Origin: Candidatus Hadarchaeales archaeon
GTDB lineage: Archaea > Hadarchaeota > Hadarchaeia > Hadarchaeales > Hadarchaeaceae
Direction: 5' to 3'
Length of the DNA stretch: 19,850 bases
Assembly: GCA_038851075.1 (NCBI GenBank)
Contig: JAWCLG010000016.1
Span: 1 to 19,850 of the forward strand
Shown here: piece by piece, positions 7,683-16,617 of the stretch
How the letters are laid out: each line of letters opens with the position of its first letter
Numbering within the stretch: the first letter of the stretch is position 1
Translations under genes and position numbers: made by a program
Notes under the pieces: generated by a model
Database searches by the model: none
Seen by the model: only the letters and a program-made list of their open reading frames with translations
Told to the model about the DNA's origin: nothing

Positions 7683-8934
7683 TTCTCCCCCACCCTTGCT
7701 CTCCCGTTATCGTCCCGTGATCCATCACAATTTTTCCTCTCACCACCGTGGCTGCGGGAGCTCCGATCACCTCAAAGCCCTCAAAAGGAGAGTACTTGCC
7801 CCTGCTGACAAAAGCCTTTGGGTCTATCCTCCACCTTTTGCTCATATCCACGACGGTCAAGTTCCCGATTTTTCCCTCCTCTATGCTTCCGAGCATTTTC
7901 AGTCCCAGTATTCTGGCCGGAGCCTCAGCACATGCCCTTACCAGATCCTCCAGCTCGATCACGCCGCGATTGACGAGGGTGAGCATGAGAGGAAGCGTGG
8001 TCTCGAGTCCCGGAAATCCGGGTGAGGCGCTCCTGGGGTCTTTCTTTTCCTCGGGGAGATGAGGCGCGTGGTCCGAGGAGACCGCGTCGATTTGTCCGGC
8101 CTTCAGTGCACCCAGCAGAGCCTCCCTGTCCTCCCTGCTCTTGATCGGAGGGTGAACCTTGGCCACCGCTCCAATGCGCTCCACGTCCTCTCTGGTTAGG
8201 AGCAGATAGCACGGGCATGTGTCTGCAGTTATTTTTATTTTTTTCTTCCACAGAGCCAGTTCCCTTGCTCCCAGATAGGACGAGAGATGTGTTATGTGAA
8301 GCCGGAATCCGATCCTCTCCGCGATGGAGGATATCTCCGCCACTGCCGATGCCTCGGCATCTGGAGTTCCGGCCGGCCCCATCCCCTCATCTGCATAGAA
8401 CTTCGGGTTCTCTGCGTGAACCACAACCGTTTTATTATTCTCAGCGGCGTATTTCAGAGTTCTCAGGACCTCGGGCCTCAATTCCGAGTAAAACTCTTTC
8501 TGCATGAAGAGCTTGAATCCAGTGGCCAGCTCCCTGACCTTTTCTCCAAGGTCTGCCGCGCTATGAGGGATTCCGTAGTAAATTCCATAGTCTACCAGGG
8601 CCTTGCTCCCGGCCGTGGCATCCCTCTTCAGCAGAGTCGGGATACTGTTCACGGGAGGCTTGGTGTTTGGCATATCGACCACAGCGGTAAATCCCCCCAT
8701 TGCCGCGGCCATCGTGCCGGACAGGAAATCCTCCTTTTTGCTCTGTTCAAAGTCCCTCATGTGGACGTGCATGTCAATGAGCCCTGGGAGCACGATCTCC
8801 TCGTCCCTGAGCTTCATCGCGTCGGATGGAGACACGTTTCCGCCGACCCTCGTTATCATTCCCTTCTCTATCACAACGCCTCCATCGGTGATTCCATCGG
8901 GCGTGAACACCTTTCCAACAATCGATAGCTTCAT
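7663..8934 (-). CDS. pyrC: Dihydroorotase (amidohydrolase family)
   Basis: PGLIDMHVHMR, DMPNTKP, HAEN, HITHLS and SDHAPH. ATG 8934 has an AGGAGG SD and an ATGA overlap with the pyrK stop. Confidence 0.93.
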   Translation of the reverse strand: MKLSIVGKVFTPDGITDGGVVIEKGMITRVGGNVSPSDAMKLRDEEIVLPGLIDMHVHMRDFEQSKKEDFLSGTMAAAMGGFTAVVDMPNTKPPVNSIPTLLKRDATAGSKALVDYGIYYGIPHSAADLGEKVRELATGFKLFMQKEFYSELRPEVLRTLKYAAENNKTVVVHAENPKFYADEGMGPAGTPDAEASAVAEISSIAERIGFRLHITHLSSYLGARELALWKKKIKITADTCPCYLLLTREDVERIGAVAKVHPPIKSREDREALLGALKAGQIDAVSSDHAPHLPEEKKDPRSASPGFPGLETTLPLMLTLVNRGVIELEDLVRACAEAPARILGLKMLGSIEEGKIGNLTVVDMSKRWRIDPKAFVSRGKYSPFEGFEVIGAPAATVVRGKIVMDHGTITGEQGWGRNVATFG

Positions 8935-9758
8935 GCTTTCCTCCTGCATCCGTGTTCGTCCCGCTTCCACTTTCCAAAGTCCGTCGAGATCAGCAGAGCT
9001 CCGTCGAATACCGGACCCTCGACGCACACCCTTGCCCCTACCGGGTCCAGGACGCATGATCCGCAAATGCCGAACCCGCACTTCATGTACCGCTCCAGAC
9101 TGGCCTGAACGGCGATTCCGGCTTTCAGGCACATCTTCACCACTTCGTACATCATCATCTCAGGTCCGCATGTCAGCACCATGCTATACTTTTCCTCACC
9201 CAGTACGTCCTGCAATAGCTCGGTCACCACTCCTCTGAAGCCGGCGGATCCGTCCTCCGTTGCCGTGATGACCTTCATTCCGAGTCTTTTTGCCTCTTCC
9301 GTGAAAACAAGCTCCCTCGCGCTCTTCGCGCCTATCATGTATGTTCCTTTTTTTCCTGATTCCGAGATCTTTTTCGCGGCGTATATGAGGGGAGCCGCGC
9401 CGTAGCCCCCCGCGACTAGCAGCAGTCTTTTCCCGCTTAGAGAAAACCCGTTGCCAAATGGTCCCCTGAGGAACAGCATGTCGTTTCTCTTCAGGGAGTG
9501 CATCTTGGAAGTGGTGTCTCCCGCTGCAGCGACAGATATCCTCAGTATTCCGTTCTCGAAACCCGATGCGCCGAGCGGCACCTCTTCGGATCCAGGCAGC
9601 CAGACCATGAAGAACTGCCCGGGTTCTGGCACCTTCATCTTCGGAGTCCTAAGATACAGAGAAACTACCTTCGGACTTTCTCGAACAGAGCGAATAACAG
9701 AAGCGGGAGTGAACCCGAATTTTTCGTATCCCGCATCCCGCCGACCCTCGCTCCTCAA
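8931..9758 (-). CDS. pyrK: Dihydroorotate dehydrogenase electron-transfer subunit
   Basis: PGQFFMVW, LRGPFGNGF, VAGGYGAAP, TCGPEMM and 2Fe-2S motif CGFGICGSC...C. TTG start. Confidence 0.93.
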   Translation of the reverse strand: MRSEGRRDAGYEKFGFTPASVIRSVRESPKVVSLYLRTPKMKVPEPGQFFMVWLPGSEEVPLGASGFENGILRISVAAAGDTTSKMHSLKRNDMLFLRGPFGNGFSLSGKRLLLVAGGYGAAPLIYAAKKISESGKKGTYMIGAKSARELVFTEEAKRLGMKVITATEDGSAGFRGVVTELLQDVLGEEKYSMVLTCGPEMMMYEVVKMCLKAGIAVQASLERYMKCGFGICGSCVLDPVGARVCVEGPVFDGALLISTDFGKWKRDEHGCRRKA

Positions 9759-9763
9759 TTACA

Positions 9764-10246
9764 TCAACCGCCCGCCGCGGCGTACTGTGAGATTACCTCT
9801 TCCTGTGATATGTGAGTTCCGCAGTACTTGCATGATAGCAGGAGCGGACTTCTTGAGATGACGCTGAATGTAGGTACAACTGGCTCTCTGGGCTTCACCG
9901 AGATGCAGCTGGGGTTCGTGCAGCTCAAAAGTCCGCGCACCTCGTCTGGAAGTCTCACGGTCGCCTTCTTCATGACTTTGTACTCCCTTATGGTGTTGAT
10001 GGTCGCATCTGGCGCTATGAGGGCTATTCTGTCAACCTCCGAAGGCTTGAGCTCCCTCCCCTCTATCTTCACCATATCCTTCTTCCCGAGCTTTTTGCTT
10101 GCAACGTTCATTATGAGCGCCACGGTGTATCCTTCAGTTCCCCTTACGCCGAGTATCCTGAGAACATTGAGTGCCTGTCCTGCGGTTATGTGGTCTATCA
10201 CCGTGCCGTCCCTTATCCTTGAGACCACGAGCTCCTCAGTATTCAT
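9764..10246 (-). CDS. pyrI: Aspartate carbamoyltransferase regulatory chain
   Basis: [15 protein letters not shown] and Zn ligands CTNPSC...CKYC. ATGA overlap with pyrB. Confidence 0.96.
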   Translation of the reverse strand: MNTEELVVSRIRDGTVIDHITAGQALNVLRILGVRGTEGYTVALIMNVASKKLGKKDMVKIEGRELKPSEVDRIALIAPDATINTIREYKVMKKATVRLPDEVRGLLSCTNPSCISVKPREPVVPTFSVISRSPLLLSCKYCGTHISQEEVISQYAAAGG

Positions 10247-11169
10247 CCTCTCAGCGCCCCCAGAACCAGCGTAACCAGCGCCATCCTCACAGGAACGCCG
10301 TACGCCGCCTGTTTGAAGTACCTAGCAAACTCTGTGCTATCTACCCGCATGTCAATCTCGTCGACCTTCGGAAGCGGGTGGAGAATTATCATGTTTTTTC
10401 TCGCCTTCTCAAGAAGATCAGGGTCCACTTTGTAGCTGCCCCTCACCTTTTCGTAATCTGCGGGGTCAGGAAATCTCTCCTTCTGAATCCGTGTGACGTA
10501 AAGGACATCTATCTTTTCAATAACGTCCTCCGGCTTTTCAACGACCTTCGTCTCAATCCCGCTCCTGCTCAGAAATTCAAGCACTTCCTTTCGGGGTCTA
10601 AGAAGTGGCGGGGAGATCATGTACAGCGACTCGGGTCGGAATAGGGTTAGGGCGTACATCAGCGAGGCCGCGGCCCTTCCGTACCTGAGATCGCCCATCA
10701 CGGCGTAGTTTAGCCCGTCAATTTTTCCAAATTCTCTCCAGGTTGTGTAGAGGTCTATCATCGCCTGCGTTGGGTGGTGCCTGCTGCCATCCCCGCCGTT
10801 TATGACCGGACAATCCGCAATTTCAGCGGCGAGCTTCGCCGCGCCTTCCAGCTTGTGCCTCATCACTATGATGTCAGCATAGGCGTCCAGCATCCTTATC
10901 GTGTCGGCAAGATTCTCACCCTTTGCTATCGATGTGCCCTCAGCCTCAGAGAAACCTATCACCGAGCCCCCAAGCCTGTGCATCGCAGTTTCGAAGCTCA
11001 GCCTGGTCCTTGTGCTTGGCTCAAAGAAGGCGGTTGCCATGATTCTCCCTTTCAACAGCGGTCTTCCCTTCTTTCCGCTCCTCTCCATGGATAGAGCCGT
11101 TTTGAAAAGCCTCTCCAGATCAGGCCTGGTAAAGTCGAGAATCGAGAGAACATCGCGTCCTTTAAACAC
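10243..11169 (-). CDS. pyrB: Aspartate carbamoyltransferase catalytic chain
   Basis: [31 protein letters not shown] and HPLP. Start at GTG 11169 (MFKGRDV) after a GGTGA SD; alternative GTG 11178. Confidence 0.97.
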   Translation of the reverse strand: MFKGRDVLSILDFTRPDLERLFKTALSMERSGKKGRPLLKGRIMATAFFEPSTRTRLSFETAMHRLGGSVIGFSEAEGTSIAKGENLADTIRMLDAYADIIVMRHKLEGAAKLAAEIADCPVINGGDGSRHHPTQAMIDLYTTWREFGKIDGLNYAVMGDLRYGRAAASLMYALTLFRPESLYMISPPLLRPRKEVLEFLSRSGIETKVVEKPEDVIEKIDVLYVTRIQKERFPDPADYEKVRGSYKVDPDLLEKARKNMIILHPLPKVDEIDMRVDSTEFARYFKQAAYGVPVRMALVTLVLGALRG

Positions 11170-11776
11170 CCTTATCACCCCTGATGTACCTCACCACCCT
11201 TTCATAATCATCCTTTTTCAGCATCCCTTTTAAGTGAAGTTCCTCCGCCAGCTCGGATGCGGTCGTAATCGAATGGAGCCTCGCGCCGAGTTTTGAAAGA
11301 GCTTCTGCCGCCCCCTGCTCCCTGTCGATCATCACCAGAACTGAATTCACTACTGCACCCTTTTCCCGGAGAGCGGTGATCGCCCTGACGAGACTCCCTC
11401 CGGTTGTGGCCACATCGTCAAGAAGTAGCACGACATCGCCCTTTTTCACAGTCCCCTCGACAAGGTTCCCAGTGCCGTGTGTGCGCTCCTCCTTTCTGAC
11501 GTAAAGGAAAGGCGCTCTCAGCTTGTACGCCACTAGGGAGGCTATTGGAATTCCTGCGGTCGCTATTCCCGATATCCTGCTGTACCTCTCGCCAAGTTCT
11601 TTTATCCTTTCCACATAGGCATCGGTAACAGTTTCAAAAAGGTGTGGATATGAGGGCACAGCTCTCAGGTCTATGTAGTACGGGCTTGTGATTCCAGAGG
11701 AGAGCTTGAATTCTCCGAAGAGGATGCATCCGTGTCTCGCCAGATCCGTTGCGAGTTCCGATACCTCAACGGTCAC
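11162..11776 (-). CDS. pyrE: Orotate phosphoribosyltransferase
   Basis: [27 protein letters not shown] and PRPP-binding [14 protein letters not shown] start with GGAGG SD. Confidence 0.95.
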   Translation of the reverse strand: MTVEVSELATDLARHGCILFGEFKLSSGITSPYYIDLRAVPSYPHLFETVTDAYVERIKELGERYSRISGIATAGIPIASLVAYKLRAPFLYVRKEERTHGTGNLVEGTVKKGDVVLLLDDVATTGGSLVRAITALREKGAVVNSVLVMIDREQGAAEALSKLGARLHSITTASELAEELHLKGMLKKDDYERVVRYIRGDKGV

Positions 11777-12518
11777 CTCTCATCGCCTCCGCTATTTCCA
11801 TCGCTTTTCTGGCCGGGGATGCATCGTGGGTTATGCTCCTCCCGATTATCTCAAAGTCAGCCCCGGCTGAGATTGCAGATCCGAATGGAGCTCCCTGAGT
11901 GCCAACTCCGGGAGAGAATATCAGCTTTGATCTGTATCTGGACCTTGCCTTCCTTATGAGGTCCGGGAAGGTGGCAGGCAGCACGAACCCGTCGACCCCG
12001 GAGGACTCGGCTGTTGCAAGCAGCCCGTCAAAGTGTTTGTTCAGGTGCTCGGAGGCCCCAGGATGGCTCATAGCGCAGAGTCCCAGCACTCCCCTCCCCA
12101 TGTTTTTCGCGAGATCAACCACCTGGTCCATCCCGTCCTTTTTCCCAACCACGGCGTGAATGATGAGGGCGTCAAATCCGGCGCAAAATATCTGCTCGGC
12201 CACAAGCCTGTTCACGTGTCCTATGTCAGCCATCTTCGAATCGCATATGAAAAAGTAACTTTTCCTGAATGATTTTATCATGTCCTCCACGGCGTCCAGG
12301 CCTAGGGCGAAGATGGCGGGTACTCCTATCTTGACACCGACAACCGTTCCTTCGAGCTCTCTAAGCACCTTATTTATCCAGTCAACAGTTTTTGCTCTTT
12401 CACCAGACCTTTCGCCACGGGGTTTTGAGTATGGGTTGATGGCGGGATCAAAAGCGACCACAATCCTCGGCTTCGATTCAGCCGCCTTCAGCACCTTTTT
12501 GGCAAAGCCCTCGTCCAC
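11766..12518 (-). CDS. pyrF: Orotidine-5'-phosphate decarboxylase
   Basis: VKIG, catalytic DSKMADIG, MSHPG, PAT, SPGVGTQG and IIGRSI. Start at GTG 12518, favoured by TATA spacing and the paralogous remnant at 14196; alternative ATG 12530. Confidence 0.93.
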   Translation of the reverse strand: MDEGFAKKVLKAAESKPRIVVAFDPAINPYSKPRGERSGERAKTVDWINKVLRELEGTVVGVKIGVPAIFALGLDAVEDMIKSFRKSYFFICDSKMADIGHVNRLVAEQIFCAGFDALIIHAVVGKKDGMDQVVDLAKNMGRGVLGLCAMSHPGASEHLNKHFDGLLATAESSGVDGFVLPATFPDLIRKARSRYRSKLIFSPGVGTQGAPFGSAISAGADFEIIGRSITHDASPARKAMEIAEAMRGDR

Positions 12519-12546
12519 AAGCCCTTCCATAGTTTGATATTGGATG

Positions 12547-12554
12547 TTATAAAA
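12547..12554 (-). promoter_or_regulatory. TATA box of the pyr operon (also TATA-like on the + strand)
   Basis: TTTTATAA on the minus strand, TTATAAAA on the plus strand. The 16-mer TTATAAAAGGGTTGCG recurs exactly at 14224-14239. Confidence 0.6.
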
Positions 12555-12607
12555 GGGTTGCGTTATGAAAGCTAAGTGAACTTCATTTCACAGCCGTGGA
12601 TAAACGA

Positions 12608-12840
12608 GCATAACGGAGTGAAAATCATCAGCGATGGCGGATATGTGCCCATCGGTGGCGTACCTCGGGAGAGCTTTAAGGCCAGATCGATCGACTCCGA
12701 CATCCAGCCGCCCTTCAGCCCCTGGTGAAAACGTTCCAGGAGGCGTAGCGCCGACCAAAACAAACTGGGTCCTGATTGCAGGCATAATCGCGATAATCGC
12801 GGCCGTTTTTCATATTGATCGCGAAAGGGGTGAACTCTAG
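12608..12840 (+). pseudogene. Collapsed remnant of a paralogue of gene A (14249-16378)
   Basis: 12608-12660 encodes HNGVKIISDGGYVPIGG, matching gene A HNGLDITGDGRYILVGG (15811-15863; 39/53 nt by hand). It then jumps to the A tail (PGENVPGG..PTKTNWVLIAGIIAII), where an extra T frameshifts the transmembrane anchor. Confidence 0.8.
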
Positions 12841-12855
12841 CTTCCTGGTGCCGGG

Positions 12856-13073
12856 TTTTTATATCAGAGTTTTATAGTGGTCACCGGTGGTATGGGCTCG
12901 CACGGGGCCGCAGCAGGCCTTATCGTTGCTGTCGTGGTGATCGTGGCGCTAGTGGCGTGCCTGGGATACTTTTTCATTCTCCGTCCGGCGGAGCAGGGTG
13001 GCGGGGCACCGCAGGGTGAGAATGAACCCGGTGGTGGGCAGGGGGGAGAGCCGAGCATCTCGCTCACAGTTCA
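12856..13073 (+). repeat. Direct repeat copy 1 (218 nt: TATA-like elements, start, TM anchor, Gly/Pro linker); weaker similarity extends back to about 12701
   Basis: Hand alignment to 16400-16617 at offset 3544 shows 3 mismatches and no indels. Confidence 0.95.
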
Positions 13074-14127
13074 GCCCGCCGATAACGGGGATTCAGTCAT
13101 GCTGGCGTGGTCCGAGTATCCCCGCGATGATTTTGTGAGTTATGTCGTATACCAGTCCGCTGTTTCCGGAGATATTGGGCGCCAGGTGACGACGATAACA
13201 AATAGGGCTAAAACTTCAGAAATTGTGTACATGCTTTTTCCTAACACAACTTATTACTTCACCGTGAGGGTCAACCGAGCTGGAGGAACGTATCTCGACT
13301 CCAATCAAGCTAGCTTCACAACTTCAGGGGGTACCCCCAGCCAACCGGGACTGCCGCATCGAGTACTGAGCGCAGCCTCAGCTGATGGGCTGGTCTGGGT
13401 GAAAGATAACCGTATGGTTTCCGATCGGGCCTCGGTACCTGACGCGGTCTTCGACGGAGAGAACATCAGGGTATACTTTGCCAAGTGGGGCATCAGAGTG
13501 GCGATCTCCCGCGATGGTGTGAACTGGGAGGAAAAGGAGGTAAATATCTTAGGGATCCCCAACGGGAAGGGAGCGGTGGATCCGGACATTGTCCTTCTTC
13601 CTGACGGAAATTACAGGATGTATTACTATGAAAACCCCATGGGTGGGGGTGACCCCGCCATGATCCCCGGACCTCACAGCATTTACGTTGCGGTGTCTGA
13701 GGACGGCATAAATTTCCGCAGAGAACGCGAGGTCTACGCGCGAGAGTGGATCACTGACCCGGATGTAATTCAGATGGGTAACGTCTGGCGAATGTTCGTT
13801 TCCGAAAACGCGGGGACCACTTCTGCGATCTCGTATGATAACGGCTTGAGCTTTACCTTCGAGCGCGAACTGGAAGCGATAGATGGCTCCGTGACGTGCA
13901 CAGTCGCCGTGTCGAACGGATACCGAATGTACTACCATGCTCCGGAAACTCCGCCCCGCATCTACTCCGCGTTTTCCACTGATGGTACAACCTGGGTGAA
14001 GGACCAAGGGGTGAGGATCGAAGCGGGGGCACCGGGCTCTCTCGATGAAAATGGTGCAGAAGCAGCAGCGGTGATCAGGATGCCCGACGGAAGCTATCGC
14101 ATGTACTATGTATCCAGGTATGGGTAA
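12892..14127 (+). CDS. Gene B1: N-terminally anchored surface protein with an FN3-like domain and a predicted five-bladed (glycoside-hydrolase-like) beta-propeller
   Basis: Hydrophobic N-terminus, Gly/Pro linker, FN3 pattern (VMLAWS...LFPNTTYYFTVR), five S-x-D-G-x-x-W/F-like motifs (SADGLVW, SRDGVNW, SEDGINF, SYDNGLSF, STDGTTW) and DP motifs. ATG 12892 follows GGTGG; alternative GTG 12877. Confidence 0.8.
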   Translation: MGSHGAAAGLIVAVVVIVALVACLGYFFILRPAEQGGGAPQGENEPGGGQGGEPSISLTVQPADNGDSVMLAWSEYPRDDFVSYVVYQSAVSGDIGRQVTTITNRAKTSEIVYMLFPNTTYYFTVRVNRAGGTYLDSNQASFTTSGGTPSQPGLPHRVLSAASADGLVWVKDNRMVSDRASVPDAVFDGENIRVYFAKWGIRVAISRDGVNWEEKEVNILGIPNGKGAVDPDIVLLPDGNYRMYYYENPMGGGDPAMIPGPHSIYVAVSEDGINFRREREVYAREWITDPDVIQMGNVWRMFVSENAGTTSAISYDNGLSFTFERELEAIDGSVTCTVAVSNGYRMYYHAPETPPRIYSAFSTDGTTWVKDQGVRIEAGAPGSLDENGAEAAAVIRMPDGSYRMYYVSRYG

Positions 14128-14136
14128 ATTCTCGTA

Positions 14137-14196
14137 TCAGCTTTCACAACAATTTTTCGCCGCTTCCGCTGCCCTTCTGACGAAGGCCTCGCTCAA
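14137..14196 (-). pseudogene. Degenerate copy of the pyrF 5' end
   Basis: GAGGTG SD, then TTG and MSEAFVRRAAEAAK versus PyrF MDEGFAKKVLKAAE (25/39 nt). An out-of-frame KIVVKAD resembles PyrF RIVVAFD. The adjacent promoter 14209-14239 matches 12532-12562 at 26/31 nt. Confidence 0.65.
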
Positions 14197-14223
14197 AGCC
14201 CACCTCTGGTTTGATATGGTGAC

Positions 14224-14239
14224 TTATAAAAGGGTTGCG
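14224..14239. promoter_or_regulatory. Duplicated TATA element, probably the promoter of gene A
   Basis: TTATAAAAGGGTTGCG is identical to 12547-12562 and begins 25 nt before the in-frame TTG 14249. Confidence 0.55.
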
Positions 14240-14248
14240 GCGCATGTT

Positions 14249-16378
14249 TTGGATGGTGCGACAACGAAACCTGGACGTACAGGATGTATAAATTTCGCCG
14301 TGTGCGCATCAGTACTTCTGGTCATAGTTCTTTTGTTCGTGAGCTCAAGAACCGTGAAGGCTCTGCCCGATAATATCACGGCAACGACATCGGCGTTCGA
14401 GGTCACTTTCGATCAGGCCACATATAGGGTGGTGGACCCGCTTCAGCGTGGACACTTCTGGGCCACTGTGAGAAATAAGGGAAATTCCCCGGACAGGATA
14501 ATGTTCTTTGTAGTGGATAACGGAGTTGACCGTGACGCGGGTTATGTTTATCTCGAGCCAGGGGAAACCGGAGAACACAAGGTGGTCCCCGAGCTTCACA
14601 TAATGGGAACAGGGACTATGACGCAGAACTACAAAATAGTGTCCTCCCGCGATCCAACCGCTGTGGCGTACGTCAACGTGACGATAGAGACCGTCCAAAT
14701 AGATATTCAGGAACTTCCAGTGAGTGATTTCACCGTAAATGTGTATGACGCGACCACGCATGAACCAATTGAAAACGCGACCGTATATTACCGTTACAGC
14801 CCCGAGTCCCGTGGGGAACCGGCAGCGATGCTGGGGGGCGGGAGATTCAGTTTTTCAATCATAGACTTTAGCGGGCCCGCCGCTGAGTATGGGATTTCAT
14901 GGCAGGGTTACACCGTTGAGGTCAAGGCCGCTGGTTATCGCACCTACCAGGAGAATGGTCTGATGCCGGAAGACAGCAACACGCTGGACGTTTATCTGGT
15001 CCCGCTGGCAGAGATAGCCAGCTTTCAACCGGTTTGGATGGAGAATCTGGAGTACCCGGGAGTTTGGAGGGTCAGGCCATCCGAGGACTGGGAATATATC
15101 GCGGTGGGGATGGGCAAGCATCCTGATCCGTGGGATGTACCCGTTTCAACTAAGGTTCATCTGTTTAACATCGCGGGCGAAAAGCTCTGGGATTATCCTG
15201 TTGGAGATCAGGTCTGGGGAATAGACATAAGCAGGGATGGGTCAATGGTCGCCGTGGGAAGTCATGACGGCATGCTGTGCGTCATAGGCCGTTCTGGCAA
15301 CCTGCTGTGGTCGGAGAACGCCCACACGCTGCTCCGGGAGGTAAAGCTTTCAGATTCTTACCTGGGAGCGGAAACTGTGCCGATAAAGCTTTACGATCCC
15401 GAAACGGGCGAGGTACTATGGGAGTACGATCCTGGCTTCGTTGTATGGTGGAGAGGCATAACTTTCAGCCCGGACGAGAAATACGTCTTTTACGGCGGCA
15501 GCAATTCGCTGATAATGTTTGACATAGAAAGCGGGACCCAGGTCTGGCACGAATATGTAGGGGGCTTACCCTACGACATAAAGATAACTCCAGACCTCTC
15601 CAGGATAGTGGTTGCGGACAAGGGCAGCGTTCTTTCGTGTTACAACGCCCAGGGGGATCTGCTGTGGCGTGAGCGAGATATTCCAGTCCTCACCGATATG
15701 GACATGAGCAACGATGGTTCCAGGGTGGTAACGCTCAGCCATAACGGAACCGTTCGGATGTACGATGGCGATGGAAATCTGATGTGGGAACGGATGCTTG
15801 GTTCGGGCGGGCATAACGGACTGGACATTACCGGCGATGGCAGGTATATCCTCGTGGGCGGCGGAGTTACCTCGGCCGGTGGCGGGAGATCTTTCCCATA
15901 CGCGGTTTACCTCCTTGACAGCGATGGAAATCTGATGTGGGAGCACAGTCAGCCGGGTCCGATTCCGGAGCCCTATCACCCCTACCACATCTCAGCGATG
16001 TCCGTCGCAATATCCGAGAACGGATCCTACATACTTGCAGGCTACGGCACGGGCAATCCCGGCATACAGCTCTTCAGCGGCGGCATAAGCGGAGATTCCG
16101 ACCACGACATGATGCCCGACGAATGGGAAACCCGATACGGGCTGAATCCGAATGACCCGAACGATGCAGCTCAGGACCAGGACGGAGACGGTTACACGAA
16201 CCTGCAGGAATATCAGGCTGGCACCGACCCGACATTGGCATCCAGCCATCCTGCGCCTCCAGGCGAAAACGTTCCAGGAGGTGGGGTAGGGCCGACTGAA
16301 ACAAACTGGGTCCTGATCGCCGGCATAATCGCGATAATCGTGGTTGTTTTCATATTTATTGCGATGAAAAAGAGATGA
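14249..16378 (+). CDS. Gene A: secreted, C-terminally anchored surface protein (Ig-like domain, carboxypeptidase-regulatory-like domain, WD40/PQQ-like beta-propeller, TSP3-like Ca-binding repeats, TM + KKR)
   Basis: Signal peptide ending SRTVKA/LP; VNVYDATTHEPIENATV...YTVEVKAAGY; repeated G-x-L-L/M-W blade ends and DISRDG/FSPDE-type turns; DSDHDMMPDEWE...DQDGDGYTNLQEYQAGTDP; WVLIAGIIAIIVVVFIFIAMKKR. Start uncertain (TTG 14249 or ATG 14216). Confidence 0.8.
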   Translation: MDGATTKPGRTGCINFAVCASVLLVIVLLFVSSRTVKALPDNITATTSAFEVTFDQATYRVVDPLQRGHFWATVRNKGNSPDRIMFFVVDNGVDRDAGYVYLEPGETGEHKVVPELHIMGTGTMTQNYKIVSSRDPTAVAYVNVTIETVQIDIQELPVSDFTVNVYDATTHEPIENATVYYRYSPESRGEPAAMLGGGRFSFSIIDFSGPAAEYGISWQGYTVEVKAAGYRTYQENGLMPEDSNTLDVYLVPLAEIASFQPVWMENLEYPGVWRVRPSEDWEYIAVGMGKHPDPWDVPVSTKVHLFNIAGEKLWDYPVGDQVWGIDISRDGSMVAVGSHDGMLCVIGRSGNLLWSENAHTLLREVKLSDSYLGAETVPIKLYDPETGEVLWEYDPGFVVWWRGITFSPDEKYVFYGGSNSLIMFDIESGTQVWHEYVGGLPYDIKITPDLSRIVVADKGSVLSCYNAQGDLLWRERDIPVLTDMDMSNDGSRVVTLSHNGTVRMYDGDGNLMWERMLGSGGHNGLDITGDGRYILVGGGVTSAGGGRSFPYAVYLLDSDGNLMWEHSQPGPIPEPYHPYHISAMSVAISENGSYILAGYGTGNPGIQLFSGGISGDSDHDMMPDEWETRYGLNPNDPNDAAQDQDGDGYTNLQEYQAGTDPTLASSHPAPPGENVPGGGVGPTETNWVLIAGIIAIIVVVFIFIAMKKR

Positions 16379-16399
16379 AACCCAGTTCTTGGCACCAGA

Positions 16400-16617
16400 T
16401 TTTTATATCAGAGTTTTATAGTGGTCACCGGTGGTATGGACTCGCACGGGGCCGCAGCAGGCCTTATCGTTGCTGTCGTGGTGATCGTGGCGCTCGTGGC
16501 GTGCCTAGGATACTTTTTCATTCTCCGTCCGGCGGAGCAGGGTGGCGGGGCACCGCAGGGTGAGAATGAACCCGGTGGTGGGCAGGGGGGAGAGCCGAGC
16601 ATCTCGCTCACAGTTCA
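16400..16617 (+). repeat. Direct repeat copy 2 (218 nt); weaker similarity extends back to about 16239
   Basis: 215/218 nt identical to 12856-13073. Confidence 0.95.

Noticed and set aside
8935-9132. 66-aa N-terminal extension of PyrC
   Set aside because: It lies inside pyrK; ATG 8934 has a strong SD and an ATGA overlap.
14108-14248. Gene A start at ATG 14108
   Set aside because: It overlaps the B1 end, runs through the pyrF ghost and TATA, and would bury the signal peptide.
12856-16617. Diversity-generating retroelement, shufflon or CRISPR explanation of the repeats
   Set aside because: No reverse transcriptase, recombinase, inverted recombination sites or spacer array. Only 3 mismatches, not consistently at template adenines, and the repeat encodes the anchor rather than a variable tip.
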